Assembly (NCBI RefSeq): GCF_964194025.1
Contig: NC_134474.1
Coordinates: 65,534,001 to 65,598,000 of the forward strand
Origin: Convolutriloba macropyga
Lineage: Eukaryota
Length of the DNA: 64,000 bases
Direction of reading: 5' to 3'
Of the stretch, positions 11,322 through 24,300 are shown one piece after another (positions within the stretch are counted from its first letter, which is position 1; the number at the start of each line of letters is the position of its first letter). The translations under genes and the position numbers were made by a program. The notes below the pieces were generated by a model that searched no databases, was not told where the DNA came from, and saw only the letters and a list, made by a program, of their open reading frames with translations.

Positions 11322-13810
11322 TAAATTGTTTCCTTCAGTCATTAAGTAGCTTCAAATTTACCTGTACAAATACAATCACATATTTGACTGTGGGAGAGCA
11401 CTATTGGGCCGATGGCCCGTTCTCAAGTGTCTCATTCAGTTTATCTGGATGAAAGTGATTCAAAATGAAAAAAAGAGGAAGCATTGTTTTTCAAGGTACC
11501 ACTAAACCTAGCAGTAAAAACATTATTCTAATTTTGGAAGGCCTTTGAGTAGTGATATTAAAACTTATACAACAGTCTGACTATGTCCTCATTACCCAAA
11601 ATATAATTATCTAGAAATTGATGACAGAAATTTTTTGTTTCGGTATTAGACATGTTTTCGATCTTTTCGATTATTTCATTATCGTAACCTAGAAGCATTC
11701 TTAATACACGCCTTATCCGAACAATTATTGACAAACTGTGAAATAGATTTTTACCTAGAGTTATTTTGTTTTTAATCAACCGCTTGCTTTTTTAAGGCAG
11801 TTTTGCATTGAAACCCTTTGAAAGTGGTGAAATTTTACATTGTCCCCTTATGTTTTTTAGTGTTTGCTTAAGTACCTCATAGGCATGTAACTCTGATGCT
11901 AAATAGATCCTATGTTTTACTCTTTCTTCGTAAGTGCTTTCAAACTTTTTTCGATGAAAAATTAGCCGCACGATACGTTTGACAACTTTGTCTATTTCCC
12001 TAATTGTTGTGATTGTTGTTGACCCGTATATCAAGACTCCGTATTGTACTATTGGTTGTATGTATGTTCTAAATGCTTTTATCATCTTTGATTCTCTCAA
12101 AACTTTTCTCAGTTTATAAAAGATAGAACAATTCGACAAAAGTTTTGTGACCACATGCTTTGAGTGCTTTGAGAAACGTAGTTGATTATCTATCGTGATG
12201 CCCAGGTATTTGAAACTTTGTTTTTCTTCAATTTTTGTGTTTTTATGAATGTTCTCGACACAACATTTTTTTGATTTTTCTTTACAAAAAGCATGCTTTT
12301 TGTTTTTTCCTTGTTATCTAGTGCTTTGTCGTGATCATCGTCAATTTTCGATGCAGAACTTCTGCTCTTCACAGCAGTGTTATCGGCGTATAAAATAACA
12401 TTCGATTTTTTCTGGGACAAACTCAAGTCATTCATGTAAATAATAAACAAAAGAGGGCCGAGAATTGAACCCTGTGGCACGCCTAGTTCTATGAGCTTCA
12501 GTTTGGACTTTTTTCTCCAATTAAGGTATATTGCATTCGATTGGACAAATATGATTTTAATATGTTGTATTTATGTTGTATTTACCATATCTATAACATT
12601 TTTGCAGTAGAATGTTGTGATCGACATCATCAAAAACTTTCTTTAGGTCTAGAAAGGTGCATTTGGTTTTTTCGCTGTTGTTGTGGAGATTTGATCTTAT
12701 TTCCTCTATTAAGGTTGCAATGGAATCAACTGTGCTCTTCCCGTGCCTGAAGCCAAATTGTGAATCTGAGAGAATTTCAAAAACGTTTAGGTAGTTTTGA
12801 GTTCGATCAAATATAATCCGCTCAAATACTTTCCCTATATTTGGTAGCAACGAAATGGGCCTGAAATTTGATGGGTCATCTTTATTTCCATTTTTGAAGA
12901 ACGGTATAACTTTTGCAATTTTCAAACTCTGTGGGTATTGTCCAAGTTCTATGCGTCTGTTAAACATTAGTTGTAAAGGAGCTGTTAAACAGTCAAACTT
13001 TTTTAATGAAAAAATAGTTCAATAATGAAAATTATAGCAATCAAGGCTAAATTTGTTTTTACAGTTGTTGATAGCGTACTTTACGTCATTTTCAGATATC
13101 GATTTTAGAAACATACTTTGACTCTTGTTTTCTATTGTAAGGGCACTTCTTGTTAAAAATTCCGCATTTAATTTTTTCCCAATGTTTGAGGAGAACTCGT
13201 TGAATTCTTCTAATTTATTTTGTGAGCAAAAAATTTCAGAGGGTTCTAAATTGCCGGTTGAAGAACTATAAAGCTGAAAAAAAGTTTTTCTGTTTTTTAC
13301 TGAATCGGTTTTAAGTAGGTTTTGATAAAAAGTTTGTTTTTTAAATTTGATGAGCGATTTAAGGTTTTTACAAGTTTTTTTGAAAATTTTCGTTGATTTC
13401 TGGACTTCCAGTTGCATCTGCCAGTTTCTTAAGACTACGTTTTTTCGTCGCTAAGTTTTTAACCTCATTGTCAATCCAATTTTTGTTGCTTTTTCGTTTA
13501 CGATGTTTTTCAGGGAGGTGACTGTTTAATGCTTCAGTGAGCATTTCGTGAAATTTTTTGAAGGCGTTGTCTATTGGTAAGAGTTCTAAACTGCTTTCGT
13601 GGACCTCAAATTGATATCTGAGATGCTTTTCGAGTTTTTCTCTTATAATTGGATTATCTAGGTTATGCCAATTGCGGCTTTTTAATACCATTGACCATTT
13701 ATTCCAATTTTTAAGGATGAATAATGCCGCATCAAGTCCTCTAAGATTCCTTATATCAAGTTTTGTAACAACATTTTTGCTCTGATTTAAGGTTAAATGA
13801 AGCGCCGAAT
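11283..13810 (-). mobile_element. 5'-truncated, frameshifted CR1/L2-group LINE (ORF2 linker, RT, 3' UTR and (TTA)n tail)
   Basis: AKVIPFFKNG..NFRPISLLPNIGKVFE, QFGFR, LDLKKVFDDVDH, PQGSILGPLLFIIYMNDL, YADNT (catalytic D lost) and IQPIVQYG, spread over six ORF pieces. (AAT)n tail at 11283-11320. Confidence 0.92.
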
Positions 13811-14750
13811 CACTATTGATGAGCAAGGTGCAAACGACGGTAAACAAAACAAGACATCAACAATTACTTCAGAGAATACTCCCAGCTCTTGGAAAACAGA
13901 TAAACCCCCAAAGAAAGTCTTTCAATTCGGAAATTATAATCAGTACTATGGCTATCGGAATCCTTCAAAATGTGACGATGGCAGATTGGCTTTTATGTCT
14001 CCCTGCTGGTTCAAAGAGAAGACGGTGCTAGATATTGGATGTAACACGGGACATTTGACCCTTTCACTGGCTCGAAAATTTCTTCCTAAAAGAGTTGACG
14101 CTATTGACATTGATAAAGATCTAATCGGAATCGCCCGCAGAAATATTTCACACTATGAGGGTGCCAGGAACCACAACGGTGTAACAAATATTAACAACAA
14201 TGAAACAGTTCCTGACAAGCCAGTGCCTGAAAAATCAAATTTTAAAACCCTTTTTCAGTGCTCAAAAGCGACGATCGAGGCGCCTAAAGGTCCCAAGGTT
14301 TCCGATATTGTCAATTTTTCGTGTTCGAATTACGTTCTAAGCGATGATTCGATGCTTAATATGTGTAAGCATGAGTATGATGTTATTTTGATGCTGTCTG
14401 TTTCAAAATGGATTCATCTCAATTTTGCGGACGATGGTTTGAAACGATGTTTCAATCGGGTTTTCAAACAGTTGAAATCGCCAGGAATTTTCCTCTTTGA
14501 GCCTCAACCTTTTGAAAGCTATAAGAAGAAGCGAAAGTTAACGCCAGAAATATCACAAACATTCCAAAATATTCAGTTTCTGCCAAAAGATTTTGATCAG
14601 TATTTAAAGGATATAGGATTCCGATATTCGATGGTGCTCAACAGAAGCGCAGAATCGACGACAAGTTTTGACAAACGCCCACTTGTTGTATATTTTAAAT
14701 GTGATGAAAATTTTGACCCTCCTTGCGAGTGTTGGAATAGCAGAATGTAG
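13797..14750 (+). CDS. MEPCE: 7SK snRNA methylphosphate capping enzyme (Bin3-type SAM methyltransferase), 317 aa single ORF
   Basis: FQFGNYNQYYGYRNP, DGRL, VLDIGCNTGHLTL (SAM motif I), IDIDKDLI, LSVSKWIHLNFADDGLKR, EPQP and F-RP motifs. The true start is uncertain. Confidence 0.93.
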   Translation: MKRRITIDEQGANDGKQNKTSTITSENTPSSWKTDKPPKKVFQFGNYNQYYGYRNPSKCDDGRLAFMSPCWFKEKTVLDIGCNTGHLTLSLARKFLPKRVDAIDIDKDLIGIARRNISHYEGARNHNGVTNINNNETVPDKPVPEKSNFKTLFQCSKATIEAPKGPKVSDIVNFSCSNYVLSDDSMLNMCKHEYDVILMLSVSKWIHLNFADDGLKRCFNRVFKQLKSPGIFLFEPQPFESYKKKRKLTPEISQTFQNIQFLPKDFDQYLKDIGFRYSMVLNRSAESTTSFDKRPLVVYFKCDENFDPPCECWNSRM

Positions 14751-17700
14751 AAATTAATAATAACAGGTTTCAAAACCTATCATTATTTTCATTCAACGTT
14801 TACCGATTTCGGAAAATAACCCGCACGGAAAAGGCCGCAGCCAATTTTAGATAGAAAAATAGGGAAAAAAACTCAAAAACAAAAGCGCCCCAACCTTTAT
14901 AAACCTCCACATGACTTTCCCCCCACTTGGCTTTATTTATTGTTAGAATCAGACCGGTGTTTTTTTCCATGGGGGTTCCTAGATCTTATATTTAGACCTG
15001 TTTAATAGCTCCTGAGTTAAATTGCCTATCTTAGAGAAAATTCTTCAAATTTTTCGTGCTTTTTACGCGACGTCACGCCGACCCTGTTTTACTTGGAATC
15101 AAAACCGTGTAATCGATATATCTCAATACAGCGTGATTGCGAAACATGAAAATAGCCGTTCAGTTTCGTGCTTAAATTGGTCATATAAATTCTTGTTGAT
15201 CTTTGATTTGGAATAATTTATTTCTTCTGATGGTAATTTATTCTGATATTTGTTTTCAATATAAATTAAAATGAGTTGGCGAACAAAAAGCGTTTTTTCT
15301 TACCAGAAAACAATTTTCTGTGCTATATATTTACGACTGAGCTTTTTGAAAAGGGAAAATGAAATTGTAACTCAACAAAGAACTGCCGCTCTGTCATTTA
15401 ACTAGGTTAACGATTGGTTTGTGATGTCTGTAGGAAAAGTTACTTCGCTTAACGCAACTGTTGTTCAATTTTCGAAGACTGTTCAAATTAGTTTGCTCTT
15501 TTTAATGGTATCACAGTCTTATAACACTGTCATTAAAAGTTTAATTTTCGAGTCGTAAAATTTATAGATCACATCTTGTTAACTAAACTTTGTGTCTGTT
15601 ATCATTAAACGGTGAGTTTTTCGCATTAGTGATAGTTTTACTTGCTAGCTACTAACTACTGTACCATTCTTAAATTATCGATGAGAGTGTCTTTAATTTT
15701 AACTACTGGTTGAGTTCTGGTTCTAAGCAGAGTACAAGGTGCAGTTGTCTGGTTTCGGTAAGTACTTGGTCGTATGATTTGTCAAGAAATCAGAGAGCGA
15801 TTAGTTAGCTAACAGCTTGGTAGGGCTTATCTTTTAATCAGTCAATTGTCTATGGCTGTATATGGAGCTGACCCAATTTCAAGAAAAAATTTTTCGTTAA
15901 TTTTAAGAATTTCCCCCCTTTCAGGTAAAAAGTTGGCCGTTTTACAAGGTCGTTTATAAATTCGCTATTGGCCACCTAAAAATTCAATTTATTTGTGAGC
16001 TGAAATTGACTTGAGTTGCACGTAAAATTTTTCAGTTGGATTTTAAAAGAACAAAAAGTGAAGACCTATTTTAATGTTCAGTATGACAAACAAAAATTAT
16101 TCTTGTTACATTAGTCTGTTTTATGATTCAAACAAAGAGTATCAATGTTGTCCGTCTTAACATTTTGATAATAATCTAAGCTGATGGAGTTTTTCGCGGG
16201 CTGTTTTGTAAATAAGTTGGATCAGATTAGTCGGCCTAATATGCAAATTTCAATAAGTGCATTATCAACTATTCGAGCTCTTAGTGCTGCCTATTATTTT
16301 CTGTAGTAATTTTTACTAGTCTAGTTTTTTACCTGAACCTTGTTAAGTGCGATGCTTTCTCATTATTTTACTAGATTTCACTGTCCACGTGAACCCAAAT
16401 TTTTTCATCTACATTGCAAGTACTGGTATAGTTTCAAAAATGATAGCTAGTTAAGACTTAGTTGAAATTTTTCGCGCATTTACAACTGAATTGTTTTTTA
16501 CGCGCCTCAGATATGAACAGGGTATAAGTGGCTATATTATAATTTTTTGAAAAGGAATAATTTTAGTTTTACTTTAAGTCCTACTTTGAAAAGACGGATG
16601 GAGAGAATTCTTTACTCATTTGAAATCAAAAATCTTCTTAAATCAATTTATTTCGACAATTCTTCTGGAGGTCAAAATTGAACATTTAAAAAGATCAAAT
16701 TTTAAAAAAAAACAAACAGACGGTTTTATTTTTTTGAACAAACAGCCAGACTTTTGAAAGCATTAACCGGCCGATGGTTTAAAAGCATTCACGAAAAGAG
16801 TTGTGCGTATTTGAACATTCCTTTGTCGACGAAAGCGTAGACTAATGACGAAAACTTCTTGAAATAATTTAGATTTCATTTGACAAATTGCGTGATGGGA
16901 AAGATAAGTTCAATCGTTCCCAACCCACAGATGCCAACTACTAATTAGTTGGACAGCAAAGTTTAATGTCACATTAACTAAGGTGGCATGCAGAATAATA
17001 GTAAAAATTGAAAAACATGATCAGAGGATTAAAACGGTTTTTAATTCTGGCTCTCAAGGGCCCTTAAAGTTGTATTGTTTCAATATTTCTAGCCAAGAAG
17101 AGGCCTACGAATTGCCCTGGCTGACAATTTTTTCTATTACTGATTCAATATAGATTTTTGTTTTTTTTTTTGCAGCTGCTTCCTCTCTCTTGATTTTGAA
17201 AAAATTCTAATCAGTCATATATGATTCGGTTAGAGGATGGTATATATAAACAAGAAGGCTTGCATGTTTTTGTGGCTGGCACAGAATGTTCCCGCATTCA
17301 AATTTGAAGGTATATGTTGCATCATTGCCATATTTGAAATAATACCGCAGAATGGCGTGTCCTATCACTAATTATTATTGTGGTTTAGCAAGCTGCTGCG
17401 AGAATTACAAACTTTTTAAACGTGCGTTTGAATCATAGTATTAGGGAAACACTTTTCTAGTCTTCAATGGAATCGGAAATGCCTAAGTTACCTACAATTA
17501 CAAAGAATTTTTTATTTGGGTATTTTAAAATTGTTCACAGAAAGGTGTTGCTATGGAACCCTCGTGAATTCTATTTTTTGTGTTATAGGCTATTTTGATT
17601 TTACTTCAACTGTTAATCAGTTTTTCTTTAAAATTTTCAAACACAATCTGTGAGCTGCAGTTTGATCAATTGCCAAAACAAAATAACTATTTTGTCACGA

Positions 17701-18356
17701 AGAGCTTTTTACAGGCAGTTCACTTTGGTCGAAAGAACTAGGGCATATGACTGGCTATTATTGAAAACAAGCCAATAAAACATGATTAAACTAAGCAAAA
17801 TGTTCACATCACCTTTTATTCAGGGAACTTCTCAGAATGACATATTTTTAGGCATTGGATTCTGTTTCACAAGCGCAGCATCACTGTACTCTGAGGCAGA
17901 TTGTTTTTCGTTTCATTTGCACTTATATATTTGTTTGAGGCTAAAATTTAAGGCGAAAGGAATTTTCGTCCAAATTGTTGTAAACTGTATGCTAATCAAC
18001 GTCTGATTGTTTCTAAATGGAATAAATCAAGGACACTAGAATGTAGAAAAAATGTTGAACTAGAAGAAAAAATGATTTAATGAAAAAAGGCAATACATAT
18101 AAAGTGAAAAAATTTTTGACTAGTGAATAAAAACTCAATTAGAGTATGAATTGCTGAAGAACTAAATGGCCTCATTACTTGATCAATTTGATCACAAGAA
18201 GAGGTTTTCAGTAAAACAACGAATAAAAGTTTTAACAATATATTGAAATTGTTTACAAAAATTGATCTTTTATTCTCTAGTGATCTCGACTTCTGTAGGA
18301 AAATAAATTTGAGGAAACAAATGAAACTTTAGGCTCCTAAAGAAGAAGATACTATT

Positions 18357-21300
18357 GAAATAATAAATGGAATAGTAAATGTCATGACATGAAATGAGGA
18401 CAAAAACAGCAAAATCAATTGTTTTTTGAAAACGAGTATTTTCACTTTTTTAACAATTAACTACATTTTAATTTGGCGCAACAGAACGAATTGTCAAAAA
18501 ATTGAAAACGTCAAAATAGTTTGTTTATTTCAATCTTGAAAAAGTGACAATTATGACACGATTTTTAGTTTTGTTCAAAATTGATAAAATTAGCATCCAA
18601 GTTGTTAGTGGTTGTAGGGTGGAAAAAGTTGATTTAAAGTGAAGTGGTCATACTTTTAGTGAAAACTGAATTGAATTTGAATGTTCCGCACATTTTTTTC
18701 CAAAGACAGTATTTTTTCTTGAATAGGTCATAAATTGGCTGAAGAAGGAGCCTCAATTTTAATAGAATTCTTGTTTTTACTCTCTTGATAATGAAATTGC
18801 TTTGTTTTGATAATCAGGAAACAAAAATTGCAAAAGAAAGTGTGGGTGAAACAATTTCCCCTCGGTTTCTCACTGTGCCGTAACAACTGTAGCATATTTG
18901 AAGCTAGATGATTTTGTCGAAGCATTAATCTGCGCTGACGTAACTGCTTGCGCTTTGTTTGTTCCAAGAATTTCGAATTTAATTCAACTTAAAACCTAAA
19001 AAAATTGTTTTGCTGCTTCCAATTGTGCGTGGAAGGCCATCTTAACGGCATTTGATTAGAGTGAAGAAATAATATTAACCTGTAAAAGTGATACACATAC
19101 AAAAGATTTCACACAAAAGAAGCTGAAAAAGCGGTGAAAGTACGTTATGCGAAATGAATATTGTTTTCGCAAAACGAAAAAGTAGCAGCTCAAGTCCTGG
19201 ACTATGAAGATTTCCTCACTACCAGTTATATAAGATGTATCCATAATAATACATCCGCCAATAAAACATCCAAAAAATCTATGGACGTGCTCACGTAAAA
19301 ATTTTACCGATTTATTCACCCAAACAAAGTGCCTCGTAGTCAAAAATGTTGTTAGATTCTCATTTACTGATTCGCGCAGCTGCAGTTAAAAAATGTTCGT
19401 GATAATGTTTTGAGTAATTCAGACAGATGAAATGAAAACAGCAGAAGCAGTTAATGAAACACCGCACGTAAGCAAAAATTATAGCAAAACTTTTAGAAAT
19501 TCTCTCACTTTTGGCACCCTAAAGCTACTCATTTCTTGATAACAGTACTGATATGACGTGGTTGAAATCATGCAGTGAATGTTACTTCTATTTGAAATAA
19601 AAAATAGTGAAACCTCATGAGCAAAAAACGACGCTCTAACTCAAAATTGTCTAACAAATCAAAACGAGTCAAAATTCTATTGCAAAATTAGGATCTTTGT
19701 AATGGTTAACTAACTAGATAAAGTTCCTCATGGAAAACCATATTTTTGCTTTTTAACTGATTGAACAAGAACTAATTTTGATGAAAAACAAATTTAGTAC
19801 TCAAAATTTATAGCGTGAAAATTTCTCAAAACTGTTATCTGGATTTTTTAATACCTGAGTGCTGCAGACGTAACTGTTTGACGCGCTACCAGTAGTTTGG
19901 TTGCTGCCACTCAATATCGCCTCCAGACTAAGCTATATCTTACTTAAACGCCTTGAGGTTTTTTTTATGATACTACTACCACTTTTGTAACTCTCCGGAC
20001 AATGTATCAACCTCGCATTATTGGCCTTAACAAAAAGCCAGGCCGACTGAATTTTGATAGCCCTAAAAATAAATCAGAATGGGAGCAATAAACCAAGAAT
20101 AATTCGGGGTTTTTTCTATAATTGTGTCGTTTAATGTATAAAAAGGGATGTTAAACGTGAAAGTGCATTTGAAATAATAAATGGAATAGTAAATGTCATG
20201 ACATGAAATGAGGACAAAAACAGCAAGATCAATTGATTTTTGAAAACGATTATTGTCAATTTTTTAACAACTACCTACATTTAAATTTGGCTCAACAGAA
20301 CAAATTGTCAATAAAAGTAAAAAGGTCAAAATAATTTGTTTGTTTCAACCTTGAAAAAGTAGCAAATTTGACACCATTTATTAGTTTTTTTTCAAAATTT
20401 TAGTAAAAGTTGGTATCAAAGTTATGAACGGTTGTAGGCTGGAAAAAGTTTATGTTAAGTAAAGTGGCCATACTTAGAGTGAAACCTGAATTGAATCTGA
20501 ATGTTCCTGGCATTATTTGTTTTCCAGAGACAGTATTTCTTGAATAAATTATAAATTGGCTGCAGAAGGGTCGTCAATTTTAATAGACTCCCTATTTTTA
20601 CTCTCTTGTTAATCAAAATGCTTTATTTTGATAATCAGGAAACAAAAATTGCAAAAGAAAGTGTGGGTGAAACAATTTCCCCTCGGTTTGTTCACTGTGC
20701 CGTAACAACTGTAGCATATTTGAAGCTATATGATTTTGTCAAACGCATTAATCTGCGCTGAAGTAACTGCAATAGCTTTGTTTGTTTCAAGAATTTCGAT
20801 TTTAATTGAAAAACTGTTTTGCTGCTTCCAATTGTTTGTGGAGCGCCATATTAACGGCATTTGATTAAAATGAAGAAATAAAATTAACCTGTAATAGTGA
20901 TACACACACAAAAGATATCACAAGAGGCTGAAAAGCGGTAAACATGCGAAATGAATATTGTTTTTGCAAAACAAAAGAGTAGCAGCTCAAGTCCTCGACT
21001 ACAACCATACCTATGAAGATTTCCTCACTACCAGTTATGTAAGATGTATCCATAATAATACTCAGCCAATAAAACATCCAAAAAACCTATGGATGTGCTC
21101 ACGTAAAATTTTCACCAATTTATTCACCCAAACAAAGTGCATCGTAGTCAAAATTGTTGCTAGATTCTCATTTATTGATTCGCGCAGATGCAGCTAGAAA
21201 ATGTTTGTTATAATGTTTTGAGTAATTCAGACAGATGAAATGAAAACAGCAGAAGCAGTTAACAAACACCGCACGTAAGCAAAAACTATAGCAAAACTTT

Positions 21301-24300
21301 TAGAAATTCTCTCACTTTTGGCACCCTAAAGCTACTCATTTCTTGATAACAGTACTGATATGACGTGGTTGAAATCATGCAGTGAATGTTACTTCTATCT
21401 AAAATAAAAAATAGTGAAACCTCATGAGCAAAAAACGACGCTCTAATAACTCAAAATTGTCTAACAAATCAAAACGAGTCAAATTTCTATTGCAAAATTA
21501 GGATCTTTGTAATGGTTAACTAACTATATAAAGTTCCTCATGGAAAACCAAATTTGCGCTTTTTCACTGATTGAACAAGAACTAATTTTGATGAAAAACA
21601 AATTTAGTACTCAAAATTTATAGCGTGAAAATTTCTCAAAACTGTTATCTGGATTTTTTAATACCTGAGTGCCGCAGACGTAACTGTTTGACGCGCTACC
21701 AGTAGTTTGGTTGCTGCTACTCAATATCGCCTCCAGACTAAGCTATATCTTAAACGCCTTGAGGTTTTTTTATGATACTACTACCACTTTTGTAACTCTC
21801 CGGTCAATGTATCAACCTCGCATTATTGGCCTTAACAATGTATCAACCTCGCATTATTGGCCTTAACAAAAAGCCAGGCCGACTGAATTTTGATAGCCCT
21901 AAAAATAAATCAGAATGGGAGCAATAAACCAAGAATAATTCGGGGTTTTTTCTATAATTGTGTCGTTTAATGTATAAAAAGGGATGTTATACGTGAAAGT
22001 GCATTTGAAATAATAAATGGAATAGTAAATGTCATGACATGAAATGAGGACAAAAACAGCAAGATCAATTGATTTTTGAAAACGATTATTGTCAAATTTT
22101 TAACAACTACCTACATTTAAATTTGGCTCAACAGAACAAATTGTCAATAAAAGTAAAAAGGTCAAAATAATTTGTTTGTTTCAACCTTGAAAAAGTAGCA
22201 AATATGACACCATTTATTAGTTTTTTTTTCAAAATTTTAGTAAAAGTTGGTATCAAAGTTATGAACGGTTGTAGGCTGGAAAAAGTTTATGTTAAGTAAA
22301 GTGGCCATACTTAGAGTGAAACCTGAATTGAATCTGAATGTTCCTGGCATTATTTGTTTTCCAGAGACAGTATTTTTTTCTTGAATAGATTATAAATTGG
22401 CTGCAGAAGGGTCGTCAATTTTAATAGAATCCCTATTTTTACTCTCTTGTTAATCAAAATGCTTTATTTTGATAATCAGGAAACAAAAATTGCAAAAGAA
22501 AGTGTGGGTGAAACAATTTCCCCTCGGTTTGTTCACTGTGCCGTAACAACTGTAGCATATTTGAAGCTATATGATTTTGTCAAACGCATTAATCTGCGCT
22601 GAAGTAACTGCAATAGCTTTGTTTGTTTCAAGAATTTCGATTTTAATTGAAAAACTGTTTTGCTGCTTCCAATTGTTTGTGGAGCGCCACATTAACGGCA
22701 TTTGATTAAAATGAAGAAATAAAATTAACCTGTAATAGTGATACACACACAAAAGATATTACAAGAGGCTGAAAAGCGGTAAACATGCGAAATGAATATT
22801 GTTTTTGCAAAACAAAAGAGTAGCAGCTCAAGTCCTCAACTACAACCATACCTATGAAGATTTCCTCACTACCAGTTATGTAAGATGTATCCATAATAAT
22901 ACTCAGCCAATAAAACATCCAAAAAACCTATGGATGTGCTCACGTAAAATTTTCACCAATTTATTCACCCAAACAAAGTGCATCGTAGTCAAAATTGTTG
23001 CTAGATTCTCATTTATTGATTCGCGCAGATGCAGCTAGAAAATGTTTGTGATAATGTTTTGAGTAATTCAGACAGATGAAATGAAAACAGCAGAAGCAGT
23101 TAACAAACACCGCACGTAAGCAAAAACTATAGCAAAACTTTTAGAAATTCTCTCACTTTTGGCACCCTAAAGCTACTCATTTCTTGATAACAGTACTGAT
23201 ATGACGTGGTTGAAATCATGCAGTGAATGTTACTTCTATCTAAAATAAAAAATAGTGAAACCTCATGAGCAAAAAACGACGCTCTAATAACTCAAAATTG
23301 TCTAACAAATCAAAACGAGTCAAAATTCTATTGCAAATTAGGATCTTTGTAATGGTTAACTAACTAGATAAAGTTCTTCATGGAAAACCATATTTGCGCT
23401 TTTTCACTGATTGAACAAGAACTAATTTTGATGAAAAACAAGTTTAGTACTCAAAATTTATAGCGTGAAAATTTCTCAAAACTGTTATCTGGATTTTTTA
23501 ATACCTGAGTGCCGCAGACGTAACTGTTTGACGCGCTACCAGTAGGTTGGTTGCTGCCACTCAATATCGCCTCCAGACTAAGCTATATCTTAAACGCCTT
23601 GAGGTTTTTTTATGATACTACTACCACTTTTGTAACTCTCCGGTCAATGTATCAACCTCGCATTATTGGCCTTAACAAAAAGCCAGGCCGACTGAATTTT
23701 GATAGCCCTAAAAATAAATCAGAATGGGAGCAATAAACCAAGAATAATTCGGGGTTTTTTCTATAATTGTGTCGTTTAATGTATAAAAAGGGATGTTATA
23801 CGTGAAAGTGCATTTGAAATAATAAATGGAATAGTAAATGTCATGACATGAAATGAGGACAAAAACAGCAAGATCAATTGATTTTTGAAAACGATTATTG
23901 TCAATTTTTTAACAACTACCTACATTTAAATTTGGCGCAACAGAACAAATTGTCAATAAAAGTAAAAAGGTCAAAATAGATTGTTTGTTTCAATCTTGAA
24001 AAAGTAGCAAATATGACACCATTCATTAGTTTTGTTCAAAATTTTAGTAAAAGTTGGTATCAAAGTTATGAACGGTTGTAGGCTGGAAAAAGTTTATGTT
24101 AAGTAAAGTGGCCATACTTAGAGTGACACCTGAATTGAATCTGAATGTTCCTGGCATTATTTGTTTTCCAGAGACAGTATTTTTTTCTTGAATAGATTAT
24201 AAATTGGCTGAAGAAGGGTCCTCAATTTTAATAGAATCCCTATTTTTACTCTCTTGTTAATCAAAATGCTTTATTTTGATAATCAGGAAACAAAAATTGC

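Noticed and set aside
14800-18350. Gene or defined element in the AT-rich stretch after MEPCE
   Set aside because: I found no recognisable ORF, splice chain or paired termini.
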